The notes below the pieces were generated by a model. The model did no database searches. It saw only the letters and a list, made by a program, of their open reading frames with translations, and was not told the origin of the DNA. A stretch of 64,000 bases of DNA from Chiloscyllium plagiosum (lineage: Eukaryota): contig NC_057720.1 in assembly GCF_004010195.1 (NCBI RefSeq), positions 26,486,890-26,550,889 of the forward strand, in the 5' to 3' direction. Both the position numbers and the translations under genes were made by a program. Below, in pieces: positions 13,490-26,863 of the stretch; within the stretch, counting starts at the first letter, position 1; every line of letters starts with the position of its first letter.

Positions 13490-13750
13490 TAGGCCATTTC
13501 AGAGAGTTAGCTACATTGCTGTGGGTCGAGAGTCACTCATAGGCCAGACCAGGTGTGGAAAGCAGATTTATTTCCCCCTGAAGGGCATTTTCTCCGACAA
13601 TCAACAATGGCTTCATGAACGTTGGTCGATTCTTAATTCCAGATACTTTTTAATGAGTTCAGATTCCACTATTGTGGTGGGATTCAAACCCTAATCCCCC
13701 AGAATATTAGCTGAGTTTCTGGAATAATACCACTGAGCCATTGCCTCCCC
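13490..13750 (-). mobile_element. SacSINE1/DeuSINE-like SINE
   Basis: Reverse complement of the 16553 family. Confidence 0.6.
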
Positions 13751-16224
13751 AACAGCTGCTGTCACTGTGAACCTGCCTTGAGCAAAAGTGTTTGAAGCTT
13801 GAATGTGTTGGGAAGTTGAGTTGAGGCACAAATTTCCAAATATCCCCACCCACCAACTTCTGCAGCCTCCTCTGGTGAATAATCAGATTCTGCCCACTCT
13901 GAGCCATTGTCAGTTACACCAATTTGTAGGTTTTTCTGCACTGTTGACTATGACAGGAAAACATCTAACACAGTGTTCTCTCGTATACCTACAGGTCTCT
14001 GAATGCTGGCATGAAATGCACAACAGACTGAAAAATACAGAGGGGAGCAGACTTCTTTTCATGTTCCTCTGGAATTCTGTGCCTGAAACGGTGATGAAAG
14101 CAGATTAATTTATAAGCGACAAAAGGAGACTAACTGAATAACTCTTGTACAGACTCAAAGAGGCCAAATAGCCTGTTTCTTTGCTACATCCTTCTACCAT
14201 GCTTCAATCCAGTGAGAAGGAATGTTTACTCGTATTATGAACCTGAGACAAGCACAGATTAAAATCAACATGACTGCAGATTGAAAATCCAGTGCCTGAC
14301 AACACTTTTTTTCCAAATTTGTAGGGACTGGTTAAACAGCAGTGCTCTAACTATAAACCTTTCAGCATGTCGCTTGAATTCATTTGTGCTGTGCCAACAT
14401 GCGAATCTGCCAGCTCATCCTAAAACCTGTAAACACACTGAATGTGATAGAAACAATCCGACTGGGGATTTAACAGAGGAGGTGAAAGGGACTTTTTAAT
14501 TAGACTAAATTCTGTTCTAGTAAATGGCCTGATTGTGCACTGAAAATAGATTTCAAAATGGCTTTGCGCAACCTGTGTTATAAAAAGGATTAATGCACTT
14601 AAGAATCAGTTTTTATTACAAAGCCTGCTGCGCCAGTTAAAACTATTATGTATGAGTTCTCCTTTCTTAACATGCCAATAGGATTAAATTATATTGGTTT
14701 ACTGGTCTTTAGAGGTTTCATTCTGCAATTATATGATACAATCAAACATTTAATTTCTGGTTTATTTGAACTATTGTTTGTGTATTTGCCATTGTCTTGT
14801 TCTCAATTATTAATTGAATTAAGACACCATTCTAGTCAAGAAAGTAGAGGAAGACATTTTCACAATGACACACAACATTTAGTTAGAGAAAATCAGGACT
14901 TTAAAGATAGTCAATGAATGAATGTTTACTGGATTTAATTATTGCTTACCATATGTTCAGCACAGATAGCAGAAAGGTGAGACCTTTCAATAGATCAACA
15001 TTCAGACTTCAAAGGTCTTTGCTTTCGGAGATTAAGTGTTCCATATTTTGAAAGAGGGACCTCCTAAGGTCACAAATTAATTAATTAATATAAAGTAGCA
15101 GAAATTTTCAGTTTTCATTCTCTGACAAGCTTTGAGATTATATAAAGTTTAATTTTTATCTTTTTATTATTAGCCAGCATAGTCTTTCGAGCTCCTATTA
15201 TGTTGAAGGAGAATGTCCATTTGTTAATGATCAATCATTATGCTGCTGAGAAAATGCTTATAAGTTGTGAGGTCTGTGTCTTTTCTGGTGATTTTGATTC
15301 TCCCTTTTCCTGTAGCTGTGTTAATAATCAGCATTGTAGCATGTTTTATACAGAAATAAAAGGACTGAGGGTTGATTAAAGCACAACGGCATGGAAGCCA
15401 GAGCTGGAAATGATCCAGCTTCATAAGCATGCAAACATGCAATGCTGACAATGATTTCCAGGACAAACTTCTATTAAATTATCTCAGTGGCACACGACAT
15501 TGCCAACCAACAAAAGCGGAATTCTTACAAGGAGAGGTCATCTTTAAAAAGTAAGTTTTAAATGAGTTGATAGTTAATTTTTCTTCCAAAGGAGGCCTTA
15601 TAAGCACTTGGCTAATGTTGGGGAAAACATAATGAATGAATAACCAGGGACAGCAGCTTGAAGTCTTATCTTATTCAGGGGAATCTTCAATTTTTGGCTT
15701 TGAATCCGACCAAACAGCTTTCCCAACAGCAGTCAGTCAATGTACTAATTAACCTTTCCTTATAAATTTTACAGCTCTTACAATACACAGATTAGTCATT
15801 TTTGAATGCATCATTTGAGTGAATATTTTCTAATTCCAGGTCATGTGTTTTCATTTTTTTCTTTCTGAAGAACTTCTGTTTTTCTATCAAAGCTCCAACA
15901 CTATGGTTCTTATCTATATATTAAGACAAATCCATTTTGTTATAAAGAGCCATTATTATCAGGAAATTACAAGCTGCAAAAGTGCTGTAAAAATGATTTG
16001 ACAGTTAATGGTAATCAAAGATGGTAAAATTATATGTATAGCCACCTTCAATTTTAATAATTAAGCTGTTATGAAATATTTTCAACCTGTGATCTGCTAA
16101 TAAAATGGTAATATTTCTACATCATTGTAATTTTTGTGCCCATCATTTACTTGGTGAATACTGATTCTGTAGCCCTGGGTCCTGAAATACGGAAAGAAGC
16201 AGGAGTTTTAACTCCTACTCTTGA

Positions 16225-16525
16225 AATGTCTAAAACTAGGGGGCATGGATTTAAGGTGAGAGGGGGTAAGTTCAAAGGAGATGTGAGGGGCAAGTGCTTT
16301 TTACAAAGACAGTACTGGAGTCTGGAACACACTACCAGGTGTAGTGGTGGAGGCAGATACTATTGGGGGTGTTTGAGGGACTTTTAGATAAGAAATGGAT
16401 ATGCAAGAAGCAGAAAGATATGGACCAAAAGCAGGCAGAAGGGATGAGTTTAATTTGGCATCATGTTCGACACAACATGGTGGGCTGAAGGCCCATTCCA
16501 GTGCTGTACTGTTTCATGTTCTTCA
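16225..16525 (+). mobile_element. CR1 3' fragment
   Basis: SKTRGHGFKVRGGKFKGDVRGK. Confidence 0.85.
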
Positions 16526-16552
16526 TCTGTTCATGCAGGAAGAGGTCAGAAA

Positions 16553-16850
16553 GGGGAGACCTAGTGGTATTATCGCTGGACTGTTAATCCGGAGACCCGG
16601 GTAATGTTCTGAGCACACAGGCTCAAGTCCTGCCATAGCAGATGGTGAAGTTTGAAATCAATACAAATCTGGAATTAAGAGTCTAATGAAAACCATGGAA
16701 CCATTGCCAATTGTTGGAATAACCTATCTGGGGAACTCCTAACTGCCATCCTTACCTGGTCTGACCTACATGGGACTTCAGATCCACAGCAATGTGGTTG
16801 AATTTTGATTGCCCTCTGGGCTTAGGCACTAATGCCCTCATCCCACAAAG
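16553..16850 (+). mobile_element. SacSINE1/DeuSINE-like tRNA-derived SINE
   Basis: cctagtggtattatcgctggactgttaatcc head; ctgccatccttacctggtctg core; multiple copies in the window. Confidence 0.7.
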
Positions 16851-18212
16851 AATTTAGAAAAAACACTGGCGGGTATGAGTGTAGTGCATGGGGCACAAGA
16901 TTAAGATAGGGACCCTGGATATTCAGAACAGTCACAGCAAAGGGATTTTGGGTCTGCATCCTGATCTCGCGTGAATATCTAGGCAGGAGAGGTTTCATAA
17001 GTTTCAGAGGAACCTCCTTTCCACACCTGACTCCAGAACAACAATAATAAAAGTTATTAAATAGCCTTGCCCTTTTCAAGCTTCTCCTGGTCTGGATTCC
17101 TTTCCCAGCTAACTTGACCTTGTTGTATAAGGTTCTGAAGGAGTTATTGTTTATGGTACATTGAACTCCATCCAACTTGATGACGTTGTGAAGAACAAAA
17201 TCTTCTCAGACATTAAATAACACAGACATTGGTCTCAGAGTTGGGAAAAGCAAGAGGGCCAGAGAAGAGTTTTTCAAGAGCAAAATGCCCCATTCTCCAG
17301 CCAAATATTGAACATTGAGATGAGATTCTCATGAGTGAGCAGCTGAAGGCCTTTTTGCAGGCATTAGCATGTATTAACATCTCATTATTACCAAATCTCT
17401 CCTCATTAATATGGAGTTTCCCACTCTCCCACTAACTAGATAAAAACAAGACAACAACACTTTTGAACATGAAACTCAAAGCTTTTGTCTAGAGTGTCCA
17501 GTTTGCTGCTTGCTTCTCTGGATCTCCACCTTGGATATCTAAGGGTATACTCCATAGAGAGCAACGCAAGCACCCCACAGCCACAGCCATTGGCATCCAA
17601 CATAGAGCAGCTCATCAAACTTCCACAGCATGTCTCCAATCCACTTCTAAAATGGTTCTATACTTTAATTCTGTATATGGAGTGCACAGCACCTCTTATT
17701 GGAATGCTGCTGCCAGGACATTTTGCACATAGACAGTCTCCCAGTTCATGGTTTGGACCAGGCGACATCTTGGAGCTGCTCCCTCACTCTCAGGGCACTC
17801 AGTCTCCTTGTGCCAACTTTAATGCTCACAGAGTCCCTGCCTTGCCTTTTTCACTTTTCCCCCCTTAAAGGATCAAAGTATTTCTGTCTTTTATTGTTGC
17901 TTAGTGGAGGCACAACACCAAGCAGCTTGTTATGGTTATCAGCAGTAATCAGTCACGGAGGTGGAGTCTTGCTTTACAACACCATGCTATGTCAATCTAA
18001 TAGCCATAGTATGTTGCAACAGCTTACATGACAAAACACTGTATATACCTCAACTAGACGAAGGGAAGTAATCCTCGGTCAAGTGAAGAAGGCTGCCTTG
18101 AGTCAGGGGTTGCCCCGTACAATCAGACAAGAGCTTCGATCAATTTCAGGCCATGACTTGGACGTGGTCAGTTGCCTAATTAGGGTGATCAGGGAGGGGG
18201 TAGCCACACCAT

Positions 18213-18381
18213 GAGATTAGATTACTTACAGTATGGAAACAGGCCCTTTGGCCCAACAAGTCCACACCGACCCTCCGAAGAGCAACCCACCCAGACCCAT
18301 TCCCCTACATTTACCCCTTCACCTAACACTTCAGGCAATTTAGCAGGGCCAATTCATCTAACCTGCACATCTTTGGACTGT
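18213..18381 (-). mobile_element. HE1 SINE 3' part
   Basis: (agatt)n tail, ggaaacaggccctttggcccaacaagtccacacc. Confidence 0.85.
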
Positions 18382-19693
18382 CTGTTTCTCGGTCAGTCCT
18401 GCAAGTCTTGTGCAAATAATATGGGAATTTGCAGTAACTCAGTCAGGGAGGTGCGCACAGATTAGTCAGGGGCCCATCAAAGTCAGTCAGTGGGGTTGGT
18501 CACAGTCAGGATGAATGAAAGTCGGGTGGGGGAGTGGGGAGGTTCCTGTTGTGTTAAGGATATTGGGGAAATCAATTTGGGGAATTGGAGACAAAAAACT
18601 GGAATGCAGAGAGAAACCCTCCATGAAACCTACCAAAAATGACATAACCACATTCTAGTAAACATGAGCCTACAAATTCGCATGGACACAGAGTTCTGTA
18701 AAGTATCCAAAGGAAACATGTATTCCATACAGCACCAATGAGTCCTTAGTAATTATCTTGAGCAAATTAATATAAACAGTAATTAATGCTATCAGCCAAT
18801 AATCTACCGTGTTATCTAAGACAATTGCCTCTTCTGTTTAGATTCACCAATGGTCTACCTTTTTAACACTGATAATTAAATCCTAAACTTAGCATAGAGA
18901 AAGGACTGAAACCAAGCTGGTGACAGTGGTATCTAAAAATAAAACAGTTGTGGCAGAAAAACCACAGCTGCATCTCTATTCAGGTCCAGTATCAAAGTGT
19001 CTTTTTGACCCCAATGAAAACAAAGGCCTGAACAGATAGTTTAAGAAGGAGAATACCACTTTCTCTGTCATCTGCTTGGGAAAACAGGTTGGAATCATGG
19101 CCTATATGTGGAGGTGCCGGTGTTGGACTGGGGTGGACAACGTCAGAAGTCACATGACACTAGATTATAGTCCAACAGGTTTATTTGAAATCACAAGATT
19201 TCAGAGCGTAGCCCCTTTGTCATGTGAAATGAGAGAAACACACACAGAGGCAGAATTTCGAGGCAGAGGGATCAAGGGCAGAGAGCTCAAAAAATCAGAC
19301 AAACGGTGTGAGTGGAGTGTCGAATAATAAATCTCTGCAGGTGTCAGAATGATGTGAGTAAAGTGTCAACAGCCAAATAACAAGCAACGGGAAGACCTTT
19401 AGTCTGATTAAATGTGGCAGAGAGATAATTACAAAAAAAAGGTAGTGTTGGAGACAAACCAAATTACTGGAATAAGACAATAGGCATAAGAGTTGCATGC
19501 CAAGAGTCTAACCATTCAGGGAGCACTTCAGCGGTCAAAGGCATTCAGTCTCTGATCTTCGAGTAAGCGTCCTCCAAGGCAACCTTTGAGATGTACAAAT
19601 AAGCAGAAATGGATAGCCAAGTTCCGTACCCATGAAGATGGCCTCCACTGTGATCTTGGGTTCATGTTGCACTACATGTAACCCCACCACACT

Positions 19694-20156
19694 GATTGGC
19701 ACCACCTCGTGATCCCACGAGGAGGTTGAGTAGTTCATTAACTTCATGAGCACCTTCCACCCTGACCTCAAGTTCACCTGGGCCATCCCGGACATCACCT
19801 TCCCCTTCCTGGACCTCTCCGTCTCTATTTCAGGTGACCAACTCAACTCGATTCAAGCCCACCAACTCCCACAGCTACCTGGACAACACCCCCTCCCACC
19901 CTCTCTCCTGTAAAACGCTATCACTTATTCTCAAATCCTCTGCTTCTGCCAAGAGGATCAATTCCACCATAGAACATCCCAGATGGCCTCCTTCTTCAAG
20001 CACCGCAATTTTACTTTCCACATAGTCAATGATGCCCTTTCGCACATCTCCTCCACTTCTTGCACATCTGCCCTTGAACCCCACACTTCCAATTGTAACA
20101 AGGACAGAACCCTTTGGTCCTCATCTTCCACCCCACCAACCTCTGGGTACAATGTA
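19694..20156 (+). mobile_element. PLE family B RT C-terminal part (left half)
   Basis: FMSTFHPDLKFTW..FPFLDLSV..FKPTNSHSYLD..SHP. Confidence 0.85.
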
Positions 20157-22000
20157 TCATAGAGTCATAGAGATGTACAGCATGGAAACAGACCCTTTGA
20201 TCCAACCCGTCCGCGCCGACCAGATATCCCAAACCAATCTAGTCCCACCTGCCAGCACCCTGCCCATATCCCTCCAAACCCTTCCTATTCATATACCCAT
20301 CCAAATGCCTTTTAAATGTTGCAATTGTACCAGCCTCCACCACATCCTCTGGCAGCTCATTCTATACACATACCACCCTCTGCGTAAAAAGGTTGCCCCT
20401 TAGGTCTCTTTTATATCGTTCCCTCTCACGCTAAACCTATGCCCTCTAGTTCTGGTCTCCCCAACCTCAGGGAAAAGACTTTGTCTATTTATCCCATCCA
20501 TACCCCTCATAATTTTGTAAACCTCTATAAGGTCATCCCTCAGCCTCCGACGCACCAGGGAAAACAGCCCCAGCCTGTTCAGACTCTCCCTGTCGCTCAG
20601 ATCCTCCAACCCTGGCAACATCCTTGTAAATCTTTTCTGAACCCTTTCAAGTTTCACAACATCTTTCCGAAAGGAAGGAGACCAGAATTGCACGCAATAT
20701 TNNNNNNNNNNNNNNNNNNNNNNNNNNNNNNNNNNNNNNNNNNNNNNNNNNNNNNNNNNNNNNNNNNNNNNNNNNNNNNNNNNNNNNNNNNNNNNNNNNN
20801 NNNNNNNNNNNNNNNNNNNNNNNNNNNNNNNNNNNNNNNNNNNNNNNNNNNNNNNNNNNNNNNNNNNNNNNNNNNNNNNNNNNNNNNNNNNNNNNNNNNN
20901 NNNNNNNNNNNNNNNNNNNNNNNNNNNNNNNNNNNNNNNNNNNNNNNNNNNNNNNNNNNNNNNNNNNNNNNNNNNNNNNNNNNNNNNNNNNNNNNNNNNN
21001 NNNNNNNNNNNNNNNNNNNNNNNNNNNNNNNNNNNNNNNNNNNNNNNNNNNNNNNNNNNNNNNNNNNNNNNNNNNNNNNNNNNNNNNNNNNNNNNNNNNN
21101 NNNNNNNNNNNNNNNNNNNNNNNNNNNNNNNNNNNNNNNNNNNNNNNNNNNNNNNNNNNNNNNNNNNNNNNNNNNNNNNNNNNNNNNNNNNNNNNNNNNN
21201 NNNNNNNNNNNNNNNNNNNNNNNNNNNNNNNNNNNNNNNNNNNNNNNNNNNNNNNNNNNNNNNNNNNNNNNNNNNNNNNNNNNNNNNNNNNNNNNNNNNN
21301 NNNNNNNNNNNNNNNNNNNNNNNNNNNNNNNNNNNNNNNNNNNNNNNNNNNNNNNNNNNNNNNNNNNNNNNNNNNNNNNNNNNNNNNNNNNNNNNNNNNN
21401 NNNNNNNNNNNNTTGCAAGATGTCACCATCTATTTCCCTATAGTCTATATCTTCCATATCCTTTTCCACAGTAAATACTGATGCAAAATATTCATTTAGT
21501 ATCTCCTCCATTTTAAGGCTCCACACAAAGGCCGCCTTGCTGATCTTTGAGGGGCCCTATTCTCTCCCTAGTTACCCTTTTGTCCTTAATATATTTGTAA
21601 AACCCCTTTGGATTCTCCTTAATTCTATTTGCCAAAGCTATCTCATGTCCCCGTTTTGCCCTCCTGATTTCCCTCTTAAGTATACTCCTACTGTCTTTCT
21701 ACTCTTCTAAGGATTCACTCGATCTATCCTGTCTGTACCTGACATATGCTTCCTTCTTTTTCTTAACCAAACCCTCAATTTCTTTAGTCATCCAGAAATC
21801 CCTATAGTTACCTGCCTTCCCTTTCACCCTGACAGGAATATACTTTCTCTGGATTCTTGTTATCTCATTTCTGAAGGCTTCCCATTTTCTAGCTGTCCCT
21901 TTGCCTGTGAACATCTGCCTCCAATCAGCTTTTGAAAGGTCTTGCCTACTACTGTCAAAATTGGCCTTTCTCCAATTTAGAACTTCAACTTTTAGATCTG
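20157..22000 (-). mobile_element. CR1 LINE spanning the assembly gap
   Basis: QFWSPSF..LERVQKRFTRM..DLIEVYKIM; EILNEYFASVFT; tail at ~20157. Confidence 0.92.
20702..21412. other. Assembly gap (711 N)
   Basis: Run of N. Confidence 1.
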
Positions 22001-22876
22001 TCCTCAGCCATTTTCACCACCCACAAACATACCCCACCTCCAGAGTTTTATTTCTCTCCCCACTCCTATCTGCGTTCCATAAAGACCATTCCCTCCGTGA
22101 CTCCTCTGTCAGGTCCACTCCCCTCGCCAACCCACCCTCCACTCCCAGCACCTTCTCTTCCCACTGCAAGAGGTGTAAAACCTGCACCCACATCTCTCCC
22201 CACACCTCTGTCCAAGGCCCCAAAAGATCCTTGCACGTCCGACAGAGATTTTCCTGCACCTCCACACATGTCATCTACGGTGTCCATTGCTCTCGATGTG
22301 GTCTCCTCTTAATTGGGGAGACAGGATGCCAACTTGTGGAATGTTTCAGAGAATATCTCTGGGACACATGCACTAAACAACCCCACCATCCTGTGGCTGA
22401 ACACTTCAACTCCCCCACCCACTCCACCAAGGACATGTAAGTGCTGTGACTTCTCTACCGCCAAACTCTAGCTACCCAACGCCTGGAGGAAGAATGCCTC
22501 ATCTTCCGCATTGGGGCTCTCCAACCACGTGGGATCAATGTCAATTTCACCAATTTCCTCATCTCCCCTCCCCCTACCTTATCCCAGATCCAACCCTCCA
22601 ACTCAGCACCACCCTCTTGAACTGGCCTACCTGTCCATCTTCCTTCCCATCTATCTGTTTCCCTCTGCTCCAACTTATCACCATCGCCCCCATCAGCATC
22701 CACCTATCATATTCCCAGCTACCTTCCACACCAGCCCACCTTTCCCCATTTGTCTCTCAGCCTCCTTGGTTCTCCCCCACATTCCTAATGAAGAACCTAT
22801 GCTCAAAAAATCAACTCTCCTGCTCTTCAGTTACTGCCTGAGGATTGTGTCTTCCCAGTGCCACACTTTTTGACTT
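22001..22876 (+). mobile_element. PLE family B GIY-YIG endonuclease and 3' repeat (right half)
   Basis: CKRCKTC..HVIYGVHCSRCGLLLIGETG..HPVAEHFNSPTHS; decayed hammerhead at ~22784-22812. Confidence 0.88.
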
Positions 22877-22959
22877 TGTATCTGTAAAATCTTCCTTACT
22901 GTCCTGTTTTAGCACTATCATTTGATAAGTTGTTAAGATCTCTCCACCTTAATTAGTTC

Positions 22960-23677
22960 TGTTATGGGAAAATCACTAATCTTGGAGTCAGAGTCGGGGT
23001 TCAATGACAGAGTTTATTGCACAAAGAAATACCGGAGCTCTGGGAGTTAAAGACACCAACAGCACAGCGGTCAGCTGCGAGTCTTCGCTCGACCAGAGCA
23101 CATGTCAAGATACTTTTATACATTTTGTGATACAATAGATCAATGATGAGATTATTGTCTTTGTAATATGGTTTGTTTATAGTAAACATTACAGAATCTT
23201 TGATAGTTTCAATGCAGTCGTTCAGTTTCAGTGCAGCCTTTGTTCATTTCAGCGCAGTCGTTGTCAGTTTCAGTGCAGACATTGGCAGTTTCAATGTCTT
23301 TGCAGAAGTCCATTTCTGTAGTAATGGGCGCCAATCCATCTTCCTGAGAATGATGATTACTGCAGTCTTGGCTACCAGCAGTTTGTATCGAGTCCGTATC
23401 AAACTACTTTGGCTGGACCCAGACACTTCAGCGGGCAGTGTACGTTATTCATGTGTATTCTTTCTCCCAACCGCCTTAAACTAATCAACTAGGTTGTGAG
23501 TGCATTGTGCTGGCATTCTGGAGGCCCCAGGCAATGTTTGTATTTGCTCTGCTGTCTCTCTCCATATTGTGGTCTGGCGGCCATCTTGTGTGTCAAGATG
23601 GTCAACTGATGGCTCAGCAGCCATCTTGTGTGACCGTGTGCCTGGTGTCACCCTGCTCCGTGCCATCTCCCACTTCA
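22960..23677 (-). mobile_element. Solo LTR (718 bp)
   Basis: Minus-strand termini TGAAGTGGGA...TCCCATAACA; TATAAAAG 23120-23113; AATAAA 23018-23013; flanks gttc/gttt. Confidence 0.75.
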
Positions 23678-25259
23678 GTTTGTACAGCTTTGGAGTACTA
23701 ATTACTTTGATTAGACTCTCGTCATGTGCCTCTTATACCTATCATGTTATATCAGTCATTTGGTTTGTCTCCAGCACCACCTTATTTTTAATTTTTTGTA
23801 ACTATCTCACTTATTTGTATTATAGGTCTTACCATCGCTTGCTATTCAGCTGTTGACACTTTACTCACAACATCTGACACTTTTGATCACCTGCAGAGAC
23901 TTATTATTCGACACTCCACTGACACCATTTGTCTGAGCTTTTGATCTCTCTGCCCTTGACCCCTCTGCCTCAAAATTCTGTGCCTGCGTGCTTCTCTCTC
24001 ACTTCACCTGACAAAGGGGCTACGTTCCGAAAGCTTGCGATTTCAAATAAACAGGTCATAGTCTACAGACCAGTGAGTACATTACTGTCTGCCAATTGCA
24101 TTCTCCCAAGGTGATGGTGGGCTGGAGAGGTGAAAGAATCACTGTTCCAGTATCAGTAACCTTCTACCTAACCTTGGCATGTTTTGTCTGATTTTAAACA
24201 AGCTTCACTTTTTCTTTTCTCTATTTGATAAATAGACAGAACGACAAATTCCATTATTCACCATCTTACGAAACAGGATCTCGCCTCTCCTTCTGACTTT
24301 CTCCACAATCACATTACACCAAAAAACAAAATAAACCACACCTCAGCAATAAGAACAAAAATCAGCCCAATTGCAAGGAAAGTGAATTCCCTTTGATCCA
24401 ACCACCAAACACATCCAATCCAGACTCAAACTTAAAGAAAAGTATTTGAAATCGGCATTGCTTTAAATTCTGATGAGTGTACGTTAAGCAGGTGCTCATG
24501 GGAATAGAATGGTAAAGACATTCCCTGTATAAATTAATAGCTCTATTAAATAGACACCTAATCTAGACATGTCTGGAACTACAGCTCAATTTCAAGAGTA
24601 TGAATACCATTCCCTACTCCCTAATCAGCCATTCATAGGCCTGTCTTTGCTACATTCCTGAAGCAGCTTATGGTTTCACTTGTATGCAATTGGAGGTCTC
24701 TGCCTGGTCTCAGTAATCTTTTCCAGCCCCCTGGGAATCAAGGCAGCTTCCACAGTGAATGCTAAAAATACACTTTCCTTTTTAATGGTTTACTTCCTTT
24801 CTGGACTTTGCAAAACAGTGCTTTCTGAATTCATCCACAGAAATGCATTGGTCAATATAAACCCAGCCACACAACTCAAGGTATGAAGTGAAAGTTTGAC
24901 TGTCTGAAACATGGACGCGATTTCAGAGAGCAGAGGGGTAGAGAGGGAAGCTTTTCGTATGTTGGGAGCTCATGGTTCACTGTCTCAGTGACATCAGACA
25001 TACACATGAAGGCTGATACATACAGTGAAGGGATGGGTACTTATTTCATGAAAGAAGAGAAAGCAAATTCTCTTTTCATAATCACAGTCAGATATCGAAG
25101 AAGATGAGATTCAAATATCTTGCAGACAAGTCATTTCAGTACCAACACGTTGCTGCACGAGTTTGGAACTGGTTTTGGACTGAGGGTTTAGTGTCCCAAA
25201 CATTGTCAGCTGCTTCTGCAACAACACTCCTTCTGTCATTAAGTCAGGAGTGAGAATGT

Positions 25260-26030
25260 TTGTTTATGGTTGTTTTCCATTTGCAGATCATCTACTAATT
25301 AAACAGTTCACATCTGCACAGGAGCCCATTCAGGCTTGGGCTATTTAGTGACAAGTAACACACAAACCACAGATTTTAGACACCGATCATCTCTCACAAG
25401 AGAGAGAGTTTAATCTGTTCCTCCTGACATTCAACAGCATTATCATCACCATATACCTTACCATAATTCTGAAATTTTACCATTGATCAGAAACTTAACT
25501 GGACCAATCATAAAACAACACTGTGCCTTCAATAGCAGGAAAGAGGTTGGGAATTCCACAACAAATGATGCATCTTTTGAATTCATAGTGTCTGTCAAGC
25601 ATCTACTTGCTTGATTGGCAATGCATGCAACATTTAAAACATGTATTCCTTTCACCACCAACGTAATGTCGCTGCAGTTTCTATCACTTGTAAGATGCAT
25701 TGCCACACCTTGAGAAAATCATGTCAATACATCTCCTAAATCCACCATCGCAAAAACCTGGAAGTGCAAGGACAGCAGTCACATGGGAACACCATAATCA
25801 ACTGCAAATTTTTCTAAAGTGGCACAATATTGCGGCTTACAGATATATTATTATTCTTTCATTGTAGCAAGGTCACAATCCTAGAATTCCCTACCAAACA
25901 GAACTGTTGGTCTAACTGCAATATATGAACTGTAACGGTTCAATACGTCAGCTCACTACCACCTTCTCAAGAATAGTTAGGGATAAGCATTAACTGTTGG
26001 CCTTGACACTGGTTCCCACATCATATGAAT
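25260..26030 (+). mobile_element. Old CR1/L2-group LINE 3' end, with a tail shared by the SacSINE1-like SINEs
   Basis: tttgcagatcat (FADD-like), cctagaattccctacc, caccttctcaagaatagttagggataagcattaa. Confidence 0.6.
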
Positions 26031-26736
26031 AAATATATCACTTTTAAATGTAAAAAATCTTGGTACATGTTTTATACAGCCTTTGCTTTTCAGCAAGAAA
26101 ATACCTACAGCAACTGCTGAAATTCAAATAATCAAAATTGAAAATTAAGCTTCATGTGTTATCATGATGATATTTTTAAACAAAACAAACCACTGAATGC
26201 TCCTAGAACAAGTCTTATCCAAGTTCACAAAGATTGAGCTGTAGTAGCATTGTCAATTCAGCTTGTGTTTATGAACAAAAGCAACAACAATTGGCATTTG
26301 TATAGCACTGCTAACATAGTTAAAGGTCCCTCGATGCTTTTGAACATTTAATAGATTTTTTTAAGAATCACATTAAGACAGCAGTCAGCAGAGAAATTTA
26401 TTTCCTACTGACGTTCCTTTGTTTTAACTCAACAGAAATGAATAGTTACTGTTTTCTCATTTTTTTTTATCTTTCCTACCATAAACAAGATACTTACATT
26501 CCAGTCTCCACCATCACTATACACAGCTCCAGGCTATACCACACATGTAAAAGTCTACGTTGCCAATAGCAACTTGGACCTCTTTGGGGATTATTGGATC
26601 AGTCGGCTGCACACTCAGTATGGAGCAGACTGGTGCAAGGAGCATGGAAGCCAATCCATATTCTGGTTGGGGTGGACTTTGGACTAGTCTTCTTGCCCAA
26701 TCTGTGGTGGGTATTGTGTATTTGTGGGTCAAACCT

Positions 26737-26863
26737 GAGGAGGGAGGGGGAGGAGGAAGACGAGGAAGAGGAGGGGGAGGAGGAAGAAGAGGAAGAGGAG
26801 GAGGAGGAGGAGGAGGAGGGAAGAGGAAGGGGGAGGAAGGTGGGAGGAGGGAGGAGGGAGGAG
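26737..26863. repeat. Polypurine (GAG/GGA)n tract
   Basis: Almost pure G/A run; explains the Pro/Glu/Gly/Ser-rich ORFs. Confidence 0.95.

Larger units (their letters stand above)
19105..24055. mobile_element. Fold-back PLE (family A-related subfamily) expanded by nested insertions
   Basis: Inverted arms ~19170-19514 / ~23708-24052; GIY-YIG C-terminus (SDLRVSVLQG..IAKFRTHEDGL) at 19515-19682 +; possible TSD tcatggccta/tcatagtcta. Confidence 0.8.

Noticed and set aside
20439..21526. Long ORFs of 260-334 aa
   Set aside because: Artefacts of translating through the N gap inside a CR1.
23205..23298. CRISPR-like short repeats
   Set aside because: Imperfect tandem repeats without unique spacers, inside an LTR in eukaryotic DNA.
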